Under the pieces are notes generated by a model that was not told the DNA's origin, did no database searches, and saw nothing but the letters and a program-made list of their open reading frames with translations. 64,000 nt of DNA from Clostridia bacterium (GTDB lineage Bacteria; Bacillota; Clostridia; Oscillospirales; CAG-272). The position numbers were made by a program, and so were the translations under genes. The number at the start of each line of letters is the position of its first letter. The stretch's first letter is position 1. Location: positions 2,782-66,781 of the forward strand of contig JAFTUH010000037.1 in assembly GCA_017466375.1 (NCBI GenBank), in the 5' to 3' direction. Of the stretch, positions 62,565 to 64,000 are shown in pieces.

Positions 62565-64000
62565 TCAGACCAGTTTTTCCTTCATCTTGTCGATCATGCT
62601 GACGTAATCGGAGGGCTCGGGCGTCGTCTCGATGACGTGCGTGATCTTTCTGAGGATCGTGTCAACAACCGGGTTGTCCTTGGGAGACTCAAAGCCGCCC
62701 TGGAGCTTCGGATATTTCTTGTAGTTCTTCATCAGGATGTTGTACTGCTCCTCAAGGATCTTGCAGAGCATGAACTTGACGTCATCCTTGTTCTCCCACT
62801 GGAGCAGCTCATCCTCAAACGTCTTGATGATGGCGTCGATGATAGCAGAGATCTCACCGTTGAAGCGCTTGTTGCTGGGCAGAGAAGCGTAGTAGTATAC
62901 GGGAATCTCGAAGAGACTCGTCTTCTCGCCTGCGGGAACGTCCAGCGGCTTATCGTGCTCGTCCTCACGGCTTTCGGGGATCGCAAAGTTCTTGACGTTC
63001 TCGTAGAATTTCGTCTTATTGTAGCTTGCGTGGTGCATGCGGTCCTTGTAGCTCATCTTTGCCTTGACCAGCTCGATATCGCTGACGATGAACGGGCTGA
63101 TGTACATAGCGTCTACGATCTCATAGAACTCGTCACACGGCGTGTTGTTGGAGACGGAGAGATTGATAAAGCGCTCAGCGGAGTTGAAGTATTTGTATAC
63201 CTTTCTGTCATCCGCAACGACGGAGAGCTTCTCACGGCGGATCACGTCATAGACGAGACCGTAGATGACCGCCTGATGGATGCGGAGCATCTCGCGCTCC
63301 TGATGACCGAAGTCAAGCTCAGGCATCACGGCGATGTTGTCCCAACGCTTGTCGATATGCGTGGAGATCTTGGCACCCTTGGTGGAATCGGGACCGATAT
63401 CGCGTGCGTAGGTGACGTACGCGTTGTGGTACAGACCGCCCTTCTTCTTCGTGGTCTCTGTCGTCTGCGGTGCGGCAAACTTGTTCAGTTTGTCGGGCGT
63501 GAGGTTGTAGAGTGCGTTGAAGAAGCGCAGCTCGTACTTGGAAACGCTGTCGACCGCATTGCCCTTCGGCATCAGATCGTGTACGCGGTACGTTCTCATG
63601 TCGGTGAGAGATTTGTTGTATGCACAGAGGCTGATCTCGCGGGATTCCACGTTGCGCATACGCTGTACGCTCGGAGCAGCCAGACGCTGACCCATAGCGA
63701 TCGTCTCGAGAATGTGGCGGACGTTGTCCTCGTTTGTGACCTTGTCGAATACCTTGTCATCGCCCTCGCTCTGTTCGCGGGTCTTGATACGGGCAAGCAG
63801 GCGGTTCTCAAGAGCGATTGCCTCGATGATGTTTACATCCAGGTTGGTGCACTTGCGGCGGACGTCTTCCTTGAAGAAGCCGATCAGCACGTCGTCAAAG
63901 ATGTCGATGCGCTTATCTTCCTCGATAACGTCCATAGAGCTGATCTCACGTTCGAATTCGACGTTCTTCTTGACGGCGTCGAAAATGTCGCCGTTGGCAG
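62565..64000 (-). CDS. C-terminal >=477 aa of a large uncharacterised soluble protein, with its N-terminus outside the window
   Basis: The frame stays open from 63935 to the window edge (..ANGDIFDAVKKNVEFEREISS-MDVIEED..), and there is no RBS before the internal ATG. No motif is recognised in the visible part. Confidence 0.7.
   Translation of the reverse strand, partial: ANGDIFDAVKKNVEFEREISSMDVIEEDKRIDIFDDVLIGFFKEDVRRKCTNLDVNIIEAIALENRLLARIKTREQSEGDDKVFDKVTNEDNVRHILETIAMGQRLAAPSVQRMRNVESREISLCAYNKSLTDMRTYRVHDLMPKGNAVDSVSKYELRFFNALYNLTPDKLNKFAAPQTTETTKKKGGLYHNAYVTYARDIGPDSTKGAKISTHIDKRWDNIAVMPELDFGHQEREMLRIHQAVIYGLVYDVIRREKLSVVADDRKVYKYFNSAERFINLSVSNNTPCDEFYEIVDAMYISPFIVSDIELVKAKMSYKDRMHHASYNKTKFYENVKNFAIPESREDEHDKPLDVPAGEKTSLFEIPVYYYASLPSNKRFNGEISAIIDAIIKTFEDELLQWENKDDVKFMLCKILEEQYNILMKNYKKYPKLQGGFESPKDNPVVDTILRKITHVIETTPEPSDYVSMIDKMKEKLV

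Noticed and set aside
1-64000. Prophage, integrative element, tRNA/rRNA genes, or a recognisable named defence system
   Set aside because: Reading all six frames, I saw no integrase, transposase, recombinase, capsid/terminase, cas, restriction-modification, TIR/SIR2/nuclease or cyclase signatures. No cloverleaf-like tRNA sequence turned up in the intergenic gaps. I also saw no sharp compositional break apart from short AT-rich promoter regions.

Overview
The window looks like chromosomal DNA from a moderately GC-rich anaerobic Firmicute (Clostridia, possibly Oscillospirales-like). That placement is inferred from gene content: SLH S-layer protein, rubredoxin/desulfoferrodoxin/flavodiiron genes, ECF sigma factors and GGAGG ribosome-binding sites. 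I support about 55 protein-coding genes. I saw no rRNA, tRNA, CRISPR array, transposase or integrase. All family assignments come from reading the translations and recalling motifs, because no searches could be run.

Main blocks:
1. 1-8314: an oxygen/ROS/NO detoxification and iron island. It holds a Crp/Fnr regulator, LdhA, an Fe-S protein, a flavodiiron-flavin reductase-rubredoxin fusion, desulfoferrodoxin, ferritin, a 53-aa rubredoxin missing from the ORF track, a BFD-like protein and a ZIP transporter.
2. 8324-8722, 15609-16092 and 21614-21669: families of palindrome-rich intergenic repeats.
3. 8725-15473 (minus strand): an ECF sigma/anti-sigma pair, then pmbA-tldD-pgeF-gpmI.
4. 16229-20936: a GldA/GldF/GldG-like ABC system plus DUF4340.
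5. 23300-29569: a cell-surface locus with wecB, a 1039-aa SLH S-layer protein with strong codon bias, and a DUF3794-LysM protein.
6. 31121-43834: a 12.4 kb glycan ABC locus. It has a 1060-aa solute-binding protein carrying extra beta-sandwich-like modules, two permease pairs, an NHL-TPR-Yip1 membrane protein, a 1032-aa DUF5696-like secreted protein, and no ATPase.
7. 43966-55226: ECF sigma #2, AraC-linked sugar genes, an orphan 718-aa protein, a SLOG/RHH module, a GH20-like enzyme, and a GH25/DUF2809/acidic-repeat lipoprotein operon.
8. 55863-64000 (minus strand): my top candidate for an undescribed system. It is a tightly coupled operon of three very large uncharacterised proteins. One is a 1547-aa polytopic membrane protein ending in a zinc ribbon plus a DA1-like HExxH metallopeptidase domain. 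The first gene runs off the window edge.
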